A stretch of DNA of 50,768 nt from positions 1 to 50,768 of the IMG/VR virus record IMGVR_UViG_3300012917_000004. The stretch is one strand, 5' to 3'. The notes beneath the pieces are model-generated. The model was not told where the DNA came from, made no database searches, and saw only the letters and a program-made list of their open reading frames with translations. The position numbers and the translations under genes were made by a program. Shown here piece by piece: positions 1 through 8,960 of the stretch (within the stretch, counting starts at the first letter, position 1; each line of letters opens with the position of its first letter). The stretch comes from a virus. Lineage: Duplodnaviria; Caudoviricetes.

Positions 1-1103
1 AATTTACTTTCTTGCGGCGCATCTGCTGGTAATGAGGCGCTAGGATCTACAGTACCACCATCGGCCATTTTGGGAGGGTTTTTCTTAAGTTCTTCCATGA
101 CAAGTTTTTGTTTTTCTTCGTAGGATGGGCCAGTTGGTGCTTTGGGTTCATTAGCATTTGTCTTTTCCACTTTACCACCTTCTGAGAAATGCTTCGCTAG
201 AAACATTCCTTTTGTTGATTTATTATCGGAATCTAAATCAGGTTTCGTGACTGATAGTTCAAGATCAGGGACCGAAGCCGGTTTGCTTTTTTGTGCGGCG
301 AGAAGCGCGGCAACTAAGGCTGCTTTCTTGTCGGCACCATCTGTCTGCGAAGCGGTAATACCTCCATCTGCCATTCCTAAATGAATATCTTTATCGGCCT
401 TAGCCTGTGATTCATTTTCAAGAAATGTTACGTGATTTTCTACTTTACCACCTTTAGCATAATTAGTCGGCGAAGCTTGACCTGGAACAGCGATAGACTT
501 TGTAGCGCCTTCGGTCATTCCTTCTGGCACTTTGTAACCATAAGATTCGAGTGTACTTTTACTAAGAGTGCTCTGCGGAGGATGCGCCCATGCTTTGCCA
601 GGCGCGGGTACTTCGTCAAGTAAATTGAATGTAGCATCTGGTGCTGAACCTTTCATTACACTAGGAGAATGGTAGGCTAGGCGCACCGGAGCACTAGAAG
701 GATGGGTAGCGGTGACAACATCACCGATTTTAAACGGAGTGATATCTTTGGTTGTAGCTCCGGCTATATCTTCTGCCATCTTTGGTGCAGCGCGACCAAG
801 TGTAATTTCGCCTGCTTCACCAAGACCTTCTAAAGCAGCGGGAATTTCTTCGGCGGCACCTTTTGCCGCAGGGCCGAGCAAATACGGCAAAAGAAAATCG
901 GAGACAGTGGCATCTTTAGCCCCTAAATCGAGTTCGCTAGGATTTCCAGCCGTAACGCCACCTTCGGCCATATTCTTTCCGCCATTCGGATGGGCATTGT
1001 GAAGCGCAGCAGCAACAGCCTGGTCATGAGGGTGGCCGCTCGCTTCCATTTCATGAATATTTTCACTAATAACTTTTTTAGACTTACCAGAATGTAATGG
1101 CAT
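1..1103 (-). CDS. Probable internal virion protein with five [FYM]xxGG motifs; runs off the window start
   Basis: Not in the ORF track because it has no stop in the window. I read 367 stop-free codons from ATG 1103 (MPLHSGKSKKVISENIHEMEASGHPHDQAVAAALHN...). Starts 1 nt after the stop of the 436-aa gene. Confidence 0.85.
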   Translation of the reverse strand, partial: MPLHSGKSKKVISENIHEMEASGHPHDQAVAAALHNAHPNGGKNMAEGGVTAGNPSELDLGAKDATVSDFLLPYLLGPAAKGAAEEIPAALEGLGEAGEITLGRAAPKMAEDIAGATTKDITPFKIGDVVTATHPSSAPVRLAYHSPSVMKGSAPDATFNLLDEVPAPGKAWAHPPQSTLSKSTLESYGYKVPEGMTEGATKSIAVPGQASPTNYAKGGKVENHVTFLENESQAKADKDIHLGMADGGITASQTDGADKKAALVAALLAAQKSKPASVPDLELSVTKPDLDSDNKSTKGMFLAKHFSEGGKVEKTNANEPKAPTGPSYEEKQKLVMEELKKNPPKMADGGTVDPSASLPADAPQESK

Positions 1104-1104
1104 C

Positions 1105-2415
1105 TTAATGTCCCCTTTTGTAGCCACTGGTGAAGCTTGTAAGATCGACTTTCTTGTTTGTCCCGCCTACAGGCGCGTGACGAGCGAATTCTTCCATAGC
1201 GGCACCCGTTTTAGGAACAGAACGCGGCACAACTAGTTCGCCAGGACTAAGCATCGCTGGAATTGTATCATTTTTTTCACTATCGCCCTCAACAGTAGCA
1301 TGTCCACCAATATGCCCACCAAATTTCATGCAAATAGCATGATCGTGCGCTACTCCGCCATCAGCATAACAGGTATAACCGCCCTGTGCGAATGATGTAG
1401 CTCCAACAGGAGCATTTCTCGCTGAATTCATTTGATAAGCAGGAGAGCTCGTATTGCCAGGTGCTATGGCTTTCGCAGCTGTACCCCCAATAGCGGCTCC
1501 TACAGGGCCACCTAGCATAGCTCCGCCAATCGTTCCCGCAGCCCCTAGAAGTGTGCCTTGCATCCCCGCTTGATTGCCAGCAGCCTGTTGAGCAGCAGTA
1601 GCTTGCTGTGAACTAACACCTGCCATTCCACCTGCTTTAGCCATTTCATTATTGAATTGCTGCTGTGGCAAATTAGCGTTATAATACGCCTTGTTTTGAT
1701 TTGCAGTAGTATTTGCCGCATTCACACCCTGAGCGACGCCTAGATTTGTGGTTTGCCCAGCCATATTATTAGCTACATTGCCTACATTGGCAGCGTTCTG
1801 ATATCCTTGATTTGTAGCATTGATATTATTCTGTGCCGCCGCTTTCTGTGCCGCTTGGCCGTAGTCGGAAGCATTGATGCTGCCACCTATATTAGCCATG
1901 CTATTTAAAGCCGCTTGCCTATTGGCTTCTGCCATAGCTGCCGCCTGCATCCCTTGATTGGCACCTGTATTAGCAGCTCCCTGAGCTGCAATAGCGCGTT
2001 GTGTAAGGGCAAAATCGCCGCCGCCTTGCCCCATAGCTTGCGCTTGCTGCTGAATAGCACCTTGGGCACCTTGGGATTGGCGATTTGTGGCATCCATGAC
2101 CTGCTGAAGGGCTAGTTTCGATTCAGCGTCAAGTCCGCCAGCATTCGCAATGCCTTGATAGCTTTGTAAGGCGTTTAACTGCGCCTGACGAGAAGCCGGA
2201 TCAAGATTAATGTTATTGTAGGCCGAACCTTCTTGATTGATGGCCTGAATTTGTTCAGGAGTGATCTGGCCCTGAACTGTTTCTTGCGGCAATGCACCGA
2301 TAGTTTCAGATGCAATAGACGGAGCCTGAATATTTTGATATTGGGCAAGAGCTTGTTTAAGATAGTCTTGCGCCGAGGAATCGGATGAACCTAACAACGA
2401 ATCGAGAAGTCCCAT
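1105..2415 (-). CDS. Probable ejection/internal virion protein (Ala/Gln/Gly-rich) with a tape-measure-type C-terminal motif
   Basis: Low-complexity helical body, glycine-zipper hydrophobic segment (LLGAAGTIGGAMLGGPVGAAIGG), and C-terminal FAQGG..YADGG..DTIPAMLSPGELVVPR. Confidence 0.7.
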   Translation of the reverse strand: MGLLDSLLGSSDSSAQDYLKQALAQYQNIQAPSIASETIGALPQETVQGQITPEQIQAINQEGSAYNNINLDPASRQAQLNALQSYQGIANAGGLDAESKLALQQVMDATNRQSQGAQGAIQQQAQAMGQGGGDFALTQRAIAAQGAANTGANQGMQAAAMAEANRQAALNSMANIGGSINASDYGQAAQKAAAQNNINATNQGYQNAANVGNVANNMAGQTTNLGVAQGVNAANTTANQNKAYYNANLPQQQFNNEMAKAGGMAGVSSQQATAAQQAAGNQAGMQGTLLGAAGTIGGAMLGGPVGAAIGGTAAKAIAPGNTSSPAYQMNSARNAPVGATSFAQGGYTCYADGGVAHDHAICMKFGGHIGGHATVEGDSEKNDTIPAMLSPGELVVPRSVPKTGAAMEEFARHAPVGGTNKKVDLTSFTSGYKRGH

Positions 2416-2416
2416 A

Positions 2417-2656
2417 TTAATTAGCTCCTAAAGAGTTTACTAGCCCTTCAAACGGCTTACCTTGGGGCGCAGGTGCAGCCTGGTTCACATTTGGCTTCTG
2501 CTGTGCAAGAGCCATAGTTAAAGCTTGCAAAGCTTCTTGGTTGCTTAGATCGGGATGCATTTTGGCAAACTCCTGTATACCTGCCATAAGCTCCTGGTCT
2601 GAATACCCAGGAACAAGTTTTTTAACTTCCGGCAATAACGATTTAGGGTCTAGCAT
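2417..2656 (-). CDS. Hypothetical protein, 79 aa
   Basis: SD-like AGAGGA upstream of the ATG; tightly packed in the late operon. Confidence 0.75.
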   Translation of the reverse strand: MLDPKSLLPEVKKLVPGYSDQELMAGIQEFAKMHPDLSNQEALQALTMALAQQKPNVNQAAPAPQGKPFEGLVNSLGAN

Positions 2657-2981
2657 TGTTTATCCTCTTAGATGTAACGGTTTTAAATTCTGTATCTTCA
2701 ACCACTTCCATGCCGAAATGTCTATGCAAGCGAAGAATATAGTCATACAACGGATCCGACTTATAGATTTCTGCACAAAACTGTGTGCAGCCTTTATCTT
2801 CTGCTCGCTTAATGGTTTGGAGCGTAAGTTGAAGAGCCGCCCCCGTCCCCCGGTACTCCGGCTTTACGTAAAAATTGTCCACGTAACACACTTGTCCGTT
2901 AGTAATGGACGCCATAAAACCGCGTTCTGTTTCGACGATTAAATGGCCTTTTTCCCGCCAATACTCAGCGAAAAGACTCAT
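2643..2981 (-). CDS. GNAT-family acetyltransferase
   Basis: Acetyl-CoA-binding motif A (YVDNFYVKPEYRGTGAA) and a C-terminal HRHFGM segment resembling the FYxxxGF motif. Confidence 0.8.
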   Translation of the reverse strand: MSLFAEYWREKGHLIVETERGFMASITNGQVCYVDNFYVKPEYRGTGAALQLTLQTIKRAEDKGCTQFCAEIYKSDPLYDYILRLHRHFGMEVVEDTEFKTVTSKRINNARP

Positions 2982-4941
2982 ATTTATTCATCTCCGCAAG
3001 CGATTCGTCGAGATTTAGGTTTTCGTAATCATCGGTTTCATGCTCATCAGCAAACTCATTACCGTTAGACCATATACGATGATTTTCTGTTACAAGATTG
3101 CAAACAACTTCTGTTAGATATTTAAAATGCCGCGCACCATTTGAGTTTTCTACACGAACCCATTTACCATTTTCCTTAACCGCATGTTTACCAGTAACGA
3201 GAACACCGTTATACCAGTAAAAATCTGTACCAACGCCACGTGTAGTCGCAAGCACTTTCCCGCCACGTGTTATGTCACCGATTTTAATCTGCCATATCGG
3301 CTTTAAAGAACCGTCTAGCATGTCAATGAGCGTCCAAGGGTGAAAGCAAAATATATTTGTGACAGTACTTACAGCATTTTGAACGCCTTTTGCAACCGAT
3401 TGAACCGGCGTAGAAAGACCGCCTGTTAGGACATTGAGACCGATATTTTTAGCAGCATTTGTCGGCGTAGAGAATTGCTGCCCAACATTTTGTCCCGCCG
3501 TTACTGCGCCATGGGCCACCGCATTTGTAGCTCCCACGGGCGTCTGCGCTAATCCAGCGATATTCTGCATAGTCTGACTTTTTTGAGCATTCGCGGCAGC
3601 AAGTTGAGCATGTTGTTCGTCCGCGCCAGATTGCAAGGCATTTACATAAGCCTGAGCAGCGGCATTAGAGGCCGCTTCCGTGGTTTGAGCATTTTGTAAT
3701 GCACCTTGATAGTCAAAAGCATTGAGATTTGTCGGAGCTGTACCAGCCTGAGAAGCAGTAGCTGGGTTTATAGTCATTTGCGGCGTTTGAAGATTAAGAC
3801 CATTGACTAATGACTGAAATGCTTGGGCCTGTTGATACTGCTCCGGCGTCGCCGTGTTATTAGCATTAAGCACCGCATTTGGGTCTTGCTGCGTTAACCA
3901 AGCGGAAGGATCAATAGTAGCAGTACCAGTATTAGCTCCAAACTGTCCGTTAGCCGAATTTACCACATCAGATGTAGCTGCAGCTTTTTGGGCAGCACTA
4001 AATGTGTTCCATTGATCGCGTGTTATGCCTAATGCCTGTAAATTTTGGTCAGAAAGATTGCCACTAGTAAGATTCTGCTTAAGGGCTGCATTTTGAGCGG
4101 CAGCAGCGGCTTGTTGTTGAGTTAATTGATTCTGGACAGCAGTATTTAAGCCTGTCATTTGTCCGGCGATTTGACCCTGAGCAGCCTTACTAGATGCAGC
4201 AGCATCGGCTTGCTCTTGGGCGATCGTTTTGTTAACATCCTGAGCGCCAGTGCTTAGGCCACCAACTAAATTTTGAAACGGTTTATAAGCATCTTGTACA
4301 GATTGTAAAGCTTCGGGACTTTTAGAAAGAATAGCCGAGTTTAACGCTGTGACTCCGGTTGTAGGTGCAGCAGAGTTTTGGGCTACAAGTTGTTGACGAC
4401 CTGCTGCCGTTGTAGTTTGAGCTTGTCCCTGAGAAATTGCATTATTAAGCTTGGCTTGCTGAGCTTGATATTCATTAGTACCTTCGGCAGATTGAGGACC
4501 GCCATAATTATTTGTAAGTTGCTTCTGAAAAGCCGATACATTGCCTGTATCACCAGCAAATGACACAGGATTAGCCGCTTCTTGAGTGAGAATATCTGCG
4601 TTGCCTTTTGTATAGCCCGGAGCATTCGACACCTGTCCGGCAATATTTTGAATCGTTCCTTGATTACCTTGGTTAAGGCTATTATACTCTTGGCCGATTG
4701 ATCCTGTAATTTTACCGGCTAGGGGCTCGGCCTGTCCCTGATTAGCAGTAAGATACTTATCTAATGAAGCAAATTGACCACCAGCTTCTTTCGGTGCAGC
4801 AGTAGTTCCACCACCCGCACCTGTAGAACCCACACCCGCACTAGGGGCAAGATGTACAGCTCCATTACCCGCCGGAGCGACGGCTCCTTGGGCTTGTTTT
4901 TGTTCATCATCTGGAATGTCATTCGCCACATATGCCATCAT
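2965..4941 (-). CDS. Probable internal virion/ejection protein with a C-terminal Hint autoprocessing domain
   Basis: Gln/Ala/Asn-rich N-terminal 531 aa, then CFHPWTLIDMLDGSLKPIWQIKIGD (block A), VTGKH (block B TxxH) and VCNLVTENHRIWSNG (block F). Confidence 0.85.
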   Translation of the reverse strand: MMAYVANDIPDDEQKQAQGAVAPAGNGAVHLAPSAGVGSTGAGGGTTAAPKEAGGQFASLDKYLTANQGQAEPLAGKITGSIGQEYNSLNQGNQGTIQNIAGQVSNAPGYTKGNADILTQEAANPVSFAGDTGNVSAFQKQLTNNYGGPQSAEGTNEYQAQQAKLNNAISQGQAQTTTAAGRQQLVAQNSAAPTTGVTALNSAILSKSPEALQSVQDAYKPFQNLVGGLSTGAQDVNKTIAQEQADAAASSKAAQGQIAGQMTGLNTAVQNQLTQQQAAAAAQNAALKQNLTSGNLSDQNLQALGITRDQWNTFSAAQKAAATSDVVNSANGQFGANTGTATIDPSAWLTQQDPNAVLNANNTATPEQYQQAQAFQSLVNGLNLQTPQMTINPATASQAGTAPTNLNAFDYQGALQNAQTTEAASNAAAQAYVNALQSGADEQHAQLAAANAQKSQTMQNIAGLAQTPVGATNAVAHGAVTAGQNVGQQFSTPTNAAKNIGLNVLTGGLSTPVQSVAKGVQNAVSTVTNIFCFHPWTLIDMLDGSLKPIWQIKIGDITRGGKVLATTRGVGTDFYWYNGVLVTGKHAVKENGKWVRVENSNGARHFKYLTEVVCNLVTENHRIWSNGNEFADEHETDDYENLNLDESLAEMNKYESFR

Positions 4942-4950
4942 AGTTACCCT

Positions 4951-5376
4951 CTAATTTGTTATTTGCGGCCACCAAACACGTAAAGTAATTTGGTAGCGAG
5001 TGCCAGTTGTAAGGCCAGAAACACCTAAAACATTAAACATACCGTTTCCAAAGCTCCAACTAACGTATGGAGCGGTTGTAAACACTACCGCACTACCACT
5101 AGCTAGTCGAACATCCAGTACATCTCGTCCTATTGGCTGATAAGAGTATGAAGTAGTGAAACTATATGTATTGTCGGCGGCTGTTGCCCCCGCTATAAGC
5201 TGAAATGTTTTTGTTTGAGCAATACAATTCTGTTCTGGCGTTAAATTGTTGGACAAGCCTGAATAGATTTGCTGGAAAAATAGATTCATGGCGTATAACA
5301 AACGCTCTTTCCAACTTCCTTTCGGTGCATCTGCTAAATCTTCTTGGGTTAGTCGTCTATAAAGCGGAAGTTGCAC
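4951..5376 (-). CDS. Hypothetical tail-associated protein, 141 aa
   Basis: TAGTG stop/start coupling with the upstream tail gene; position in the tail module. Confidence 0.7.
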   Translation of the reverse strand: MQLPLYRRLTQEDLADAPKGSWKERLLYAMNLFFQQIYSGLSNNLTPEQNCIAQTKTFQLIAGATAADNTYSFTTSYSYQPIGRDVLDVRLASGSAVVFTTAPYVSWSFGNGMFNVLGVSGLTTGTRYQITLRVWWPQITN

Positions 5377-8003
5377 TATTTACTCCGAATAGTCGTCGGT
5401 TGATAAACTAAAACGCAACCGCCATAAGTAAAATTAGTCATAGCTTGATTCAAACTTAATTCTACATTTAACCAATGTGCTCTTCGTGCTGATAAGGGAA
5501 TATACGTACGGATAGATTGCACGATGAAGTCTGCATTTCCCCCCCATGGTACTTGACCCCAAGGAAACTGACCCCAACCAATGCTCGCTAAGGTAGGCAC
5601 GAGGTCTAATGGTGCCCCGCCGGGCACAAAATCGCTACTTATACGAATTGTAACGAAATCAAAGTCGACATTCTGAAAGAAAAACTGTATTTCTTTGAAG
5701 AATTTAATGACGCCTGGATTGCCAGGGGAAGCAGAATTCATTTCGCCGCCAACAATCGGGCAATAACGAACATCCACTGGGATTGGTTGTTCTATAGCGG
5801 TGTAGGATACCATTGTAAGGTCCCAATTAATGATATCGCTAACTTCTATTGTGGTGGCGTCTACGACTCGTGTAATCTTCGAAAGATTCAAAATTTGTGA
5901 AGGCACACCGCCCACTAGAATCAGTTGAGCGAGACTCCACCCCACTGTTACGTTTGCGGTACTTATAAGATTAACCGTTAGACCGTTAAATGCAGTAATT
6001 GTTACAGGTAATTCAATATCGGCAAAATCAAGACGCGTAAAGCTTTTGCGTTCTTGAAATACATATGGATAGGCTGGCGTAGCGGAGGATACATACAGTC
6101 GATGTTCTGTAGGACTTTCATGTATGTCATGAACAGCTATTGGATAAGTATATGTAGTCCAAGATTCAGTTATTGTGTCATATGCGTATTGAATCGTAGC
6201 CTTAACGAAGTTGTCGCCTTCGGCAATTGTACTCATAATATACTTACGATCTGTCTCATAAGCTGTGCCAAATGTACGCTCTGGAAATGTAATAAAAAGA
6301 TAAGAGCTAATTCGCTGAAGAATATTTTCAATTGGCCGCGATAAAATACCAGGTCCGGTTTCAGTGATTCCAACAACCCCTTGATTTGTATACGCAAACA
6401 CTTGATTATTCATAACTGCCGGACTTTCCGGCGCAGTTAAAATTGTGCCAGTATCAAGTGTTGTCACAGTAAAGGGAAATACACTACCTGTCAATTGAAA
6501 CAACCCATCAGCTTTGAGCACGATAACACTATTGCGGAGCGGCAATACTCGTAACCATTCAAAATTGGGATTGCCTACATTGATTGTATTAGCCAGCGGC
6601 ACGGCTTCTGGTTGCTGAAATTTAGAGCAAAAACCCATACCTTTCCCACCACCAGCAAGGGATGGGACGCCAACTGTAGGATCTAAAACAGGAGTCCAGC
6701 AGGTTGTTCTAGAGGATTTCACTTCGAAAGGGCCGCCGCCGATTCCTTGTTCTTGTAGAAAAAAATCACCGGGAAGAGAAGTAGCACTATTTACGTCTGT
6801 GGCATCAAAGGCGTAAACAATATCTTGTGCGACTAGATTTAGAACATGAATCAAAGAACGTTTAGTAAATAAAATATCGCTGCCGGGATCACCGCCTGTA
6901 AATACTTTAAACTTGTTCATAGATACATCTTCGGCTGCTGCACCCGTTAGGGTGAATGTATCTGTACCACGCGTAACGGTGAAAGTATCACCTACTTGAA
7001 TACCTAGTGGAGGTTCGCTAGACAACAAAGAAAGCAGGAACTTCTGTTGTGTAGTACAAGAGCCATAGATCAAGTAGCCAACAAAGAAACATACATCGTT
7101 TGATAATGGCGGAATAGTATTAGCTTGGGATATACCTTCCTGTCCCGAATTCGTATAAAGAAAAGCTCCTAACTCACTTTCTAGAGTTGTATCTGTTACT
7201 GTAAAATAGCCGTTTGTAATATTAGTGCTGCTTGGATTACCAACAATAACAAGTTGTAGCTCGTCGGATGGTTCAGTGATCGCCGAAGCAGATATTGGCG
7301 ATCTATAAATTTTATATTGATAGGCAGTTGTGGCAATATTTGGAATGGTAAAAGTCAATTGCACATTCCGTGTTCCGCCAGAACTATTTGCAATGACTAC
7401 ACGAGTACTGGGTACGCCTTCTACCGCATTATTATTAGCATCAGTAATAACCCACGTCATACGATAAGCGACTTCCGTATCGGTTTCCATAAAGCCCGCG
7501 ACATCAACGAGAGAAGCACTACCATCAAGTCCTGGCGGCGAACCAGCCGCGTAAAGAGCATTTGCGGGATCGTCAGTTTTCCATATACCAGCATTTGTAG
7601 TGAAATAGATATTATTGTTACTTTGCGCCGAACGATAAGTGTTTGTTAGCGCATAAGCTGGAGAGGGAACATTTGTACTGGTTTGGCTCCATGTCCCTGC
7701 GCCATCAGTATCATAGGCAAAATTATTACGAGCGGGATTGGCATCTGCGAGCGAGGCATTTCCATACCAAACAAGCTTTGAATCTTTATAGAAAAAGGTT
7801 TTAAACACTTCAAAATTAGTACCAGAAAGTGCGCTACCAAACTGTTTTATGCCACGCCGAACCGAAAGAAGGCCGTTATAGTCTACAACAACATTTTCCG
7901 CGACCAAAAGGCTACCCTTCGGCACCTTAGACAGTGCATTGGGCATCGTAAAGAGCCCTTTACAGTCTAGTTGAATTTCTTGTGGGTCTGAAGCTAAAGT
8001 CAT
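5376..8003 (-). CDS. Probable tail nozzle/hub protein (tail tubular B or P22 gp10-like role)
   Basis: 875 aa, beta-rich, directly after the putative adaptor. Role inferred from size and podovirus synteny. Confidence 0.6.
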   Translation of the reverse strand: MTLASDPQEIQLDCKGLFTMPNALSKVPKGSLLVAENVVVDYNGLLSVRRGIKQFGSALSGTNFEVFKTFFYKDSKLVWYGNASLADANPARNNFAYDTDGAGTWSQTSTNVPSPAYALTNTYRSAQSNNNIYFTTNAGIWKTDDPANALYAAGSPPGLDGSASLVDVAGFMETDTEVAYRMTWVITDANNNAVEGVPSTRVVIANSSGGTRNVQLTFTIPNIATTAYQYKIYRSPISASAITEPSDELQLVIVGNPSSTNITNGYFTVTDTTLESELGAFLYTNSGQEGISQANTIPPLSNDVCFFVGYLIYGSCTTQQKFLLSLLSSEPPLGIQVGDTFTVTRGTDTFTLTGAAAEDVSMNKFKVFTGGDPGSDILFTKRSLIHVLNLVAQDIVYAFDATDVNSATSLPGDFFLQEQGIGGGPFEVKSSRTTCWTPVLDPTVGVPSLAGGGKGMGFCSKFQQPEAVPLANTINVGNPNFEWLRVLPLRNSVIVLKADGLFQLTGSVFPFTVTTLDTGTILTAPESPAVMNNQVFAYTNQGVVGITETGPGILSRPIENILQRISSYLFITFPERTFGTAYETDRKYIMSTIAEGDNFVKATIQYAYDTITESWTTYTYPIAVHDIHESPTEHRLYVSSATPAYPYVFQERKSFTRLDFADIELPVTITAFNGLTVNLISTANVTVGWSLAQLILVGGVPSQILNLSKITRVVDATTIEVSDIINWDLTMVSYTAIEQPIPVDVRYCPIVGGEMNSASPGNPGVIKFFKEIQFFFQNVDFDFVTIRISSDFVPGGAPLDLVPTLASIGWGQFPWGQVPWGGNADFIVQSIRTYIPLSARRAHWLNVELSLNQAMTNFTYGGCVLVYQPTTIRSK

Positions 8004-8006
8004 GTC

Positions 8007-8948
8007 TTAGTCCCAGCCGTACAAACTTCCCGGCGTAGTAAGGCGAATAACATTAGCATCAACACGCGGGGTAAGTACAGAAATGAAGTAAGTTTTCATA
8101 TCAGCGGCTTGTGACATTGCAACATTAAAGCCCTGGACATCTCCATGAATTTCAAGACATTTCGCCGCAGATAATTGTAAAAGAAGCTGGAAGCCAGGAT
8201 TATACGGAATTTGCGGAATTGGACTCTGACCCGCTAGGCACACCCAATCACCTATTTGTAGTCCTGACGGGACAGTTCCATTAGTAAAAGTAATCGTGTT
8301 CAACCCTGTATTAATAGCTGTTATTGTTGCATCGTCTAACAAACTATCAAACATAACAGGTGAATTAGAAATCAAATCATAAGTTTCGCTAATGGTAAAT
8401 GTACTAGGTATTGCGTCTACAGTTACAACATTTCCGGTGATATTGGTTACTTCACCGCAGGCGGTTGAAAGTACAAGAGTATTAGGCTGTCGAATATAAC
8501 GTAGGCGTAAAAATACAAAACCGCTAGTACCGCCAGTAGTGCTGCCGAGATAAAGAACAATCTTATCGTTGCGGATGTAGAATCCCCACAGTGCGGGATT
8601 TATTGTAAGACCCGTAGCATTTGCATTCGACATCGTATCTTCTAAACGTAAGCGAGGGATTCGTACTTCATTGTTATTTGCGTCAACAAACGTAACAGAT
8701 CGTAATTTACCAGCAACAGCGCGGCTTGGAATTTGAAAGGTCGTTGCTCCGCTTATATAAGGAATATCGTCAATATGTACAAAATACTCCTCGGCTTGAT
8801 TATCTATAAGCGGTGTAATCTTGCTTGACATTTCAAATGTCATAATTGTAAGAAGGTTTGCATCTGTGAAAAGATTTTGTACAGACGGCATAAGTGGCAA
8901 TAGCCGAAGTGTTGGTATAAGAGTGTCAGTGATGTAAGGGTTTGCCAT
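8007..8948 (-). CDS. Probable head-tail adaptor (tail tubular A-like)
   Basis: Helical N-terminus and C-terminal LLLQLSAAKCLE helix typical of adaptors; synteny; SD GAGGA. Confidence 0.55.
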   Translation of the reverse strand: MANPYITDTLIPTLRLLPLMPSVQNLFTDANLLTIMTFEMSSKITPLIDNQAEEYFVHIDDIPYISGATTFQIPSRAVAGKLRSVTFVDANNNEVRIPRLRLEDTMSNANATGLTINPALWGFYIRNDKIVLYLGSTTGGTSGFVFLRLRYIRQPNTLVLSTACGEVTNITGNVVTVDAIPSTFTISETYDLISNSPVMFDSLLDDATITAINTGLNTITFTNGTVPSGLQIGDWVCLAGQSPIPQIPYNPGFQLLLQLSAAKCLEIHGDVQGFNVAMSQAADMKTYFISVLTPRVDANVIRLTTPGSLYGWD

Positions 8949-8960
8949 TGTTTCCTCGGA

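Noticed and set aside
1240-1400. Calling the 436-aa protein a tape measure protein
   Set aside because: Only the short C-terminal motif matches; no tail tube, chaperone or frameshift genes are evident and the context is podovirus-like.
2965-3348. Calling the Hint domain a canonical mobile intein
   Set aside because: No terminal His-Asn followed by Cys/Ser/Thr, no endonuclease and no substantial C-extein.
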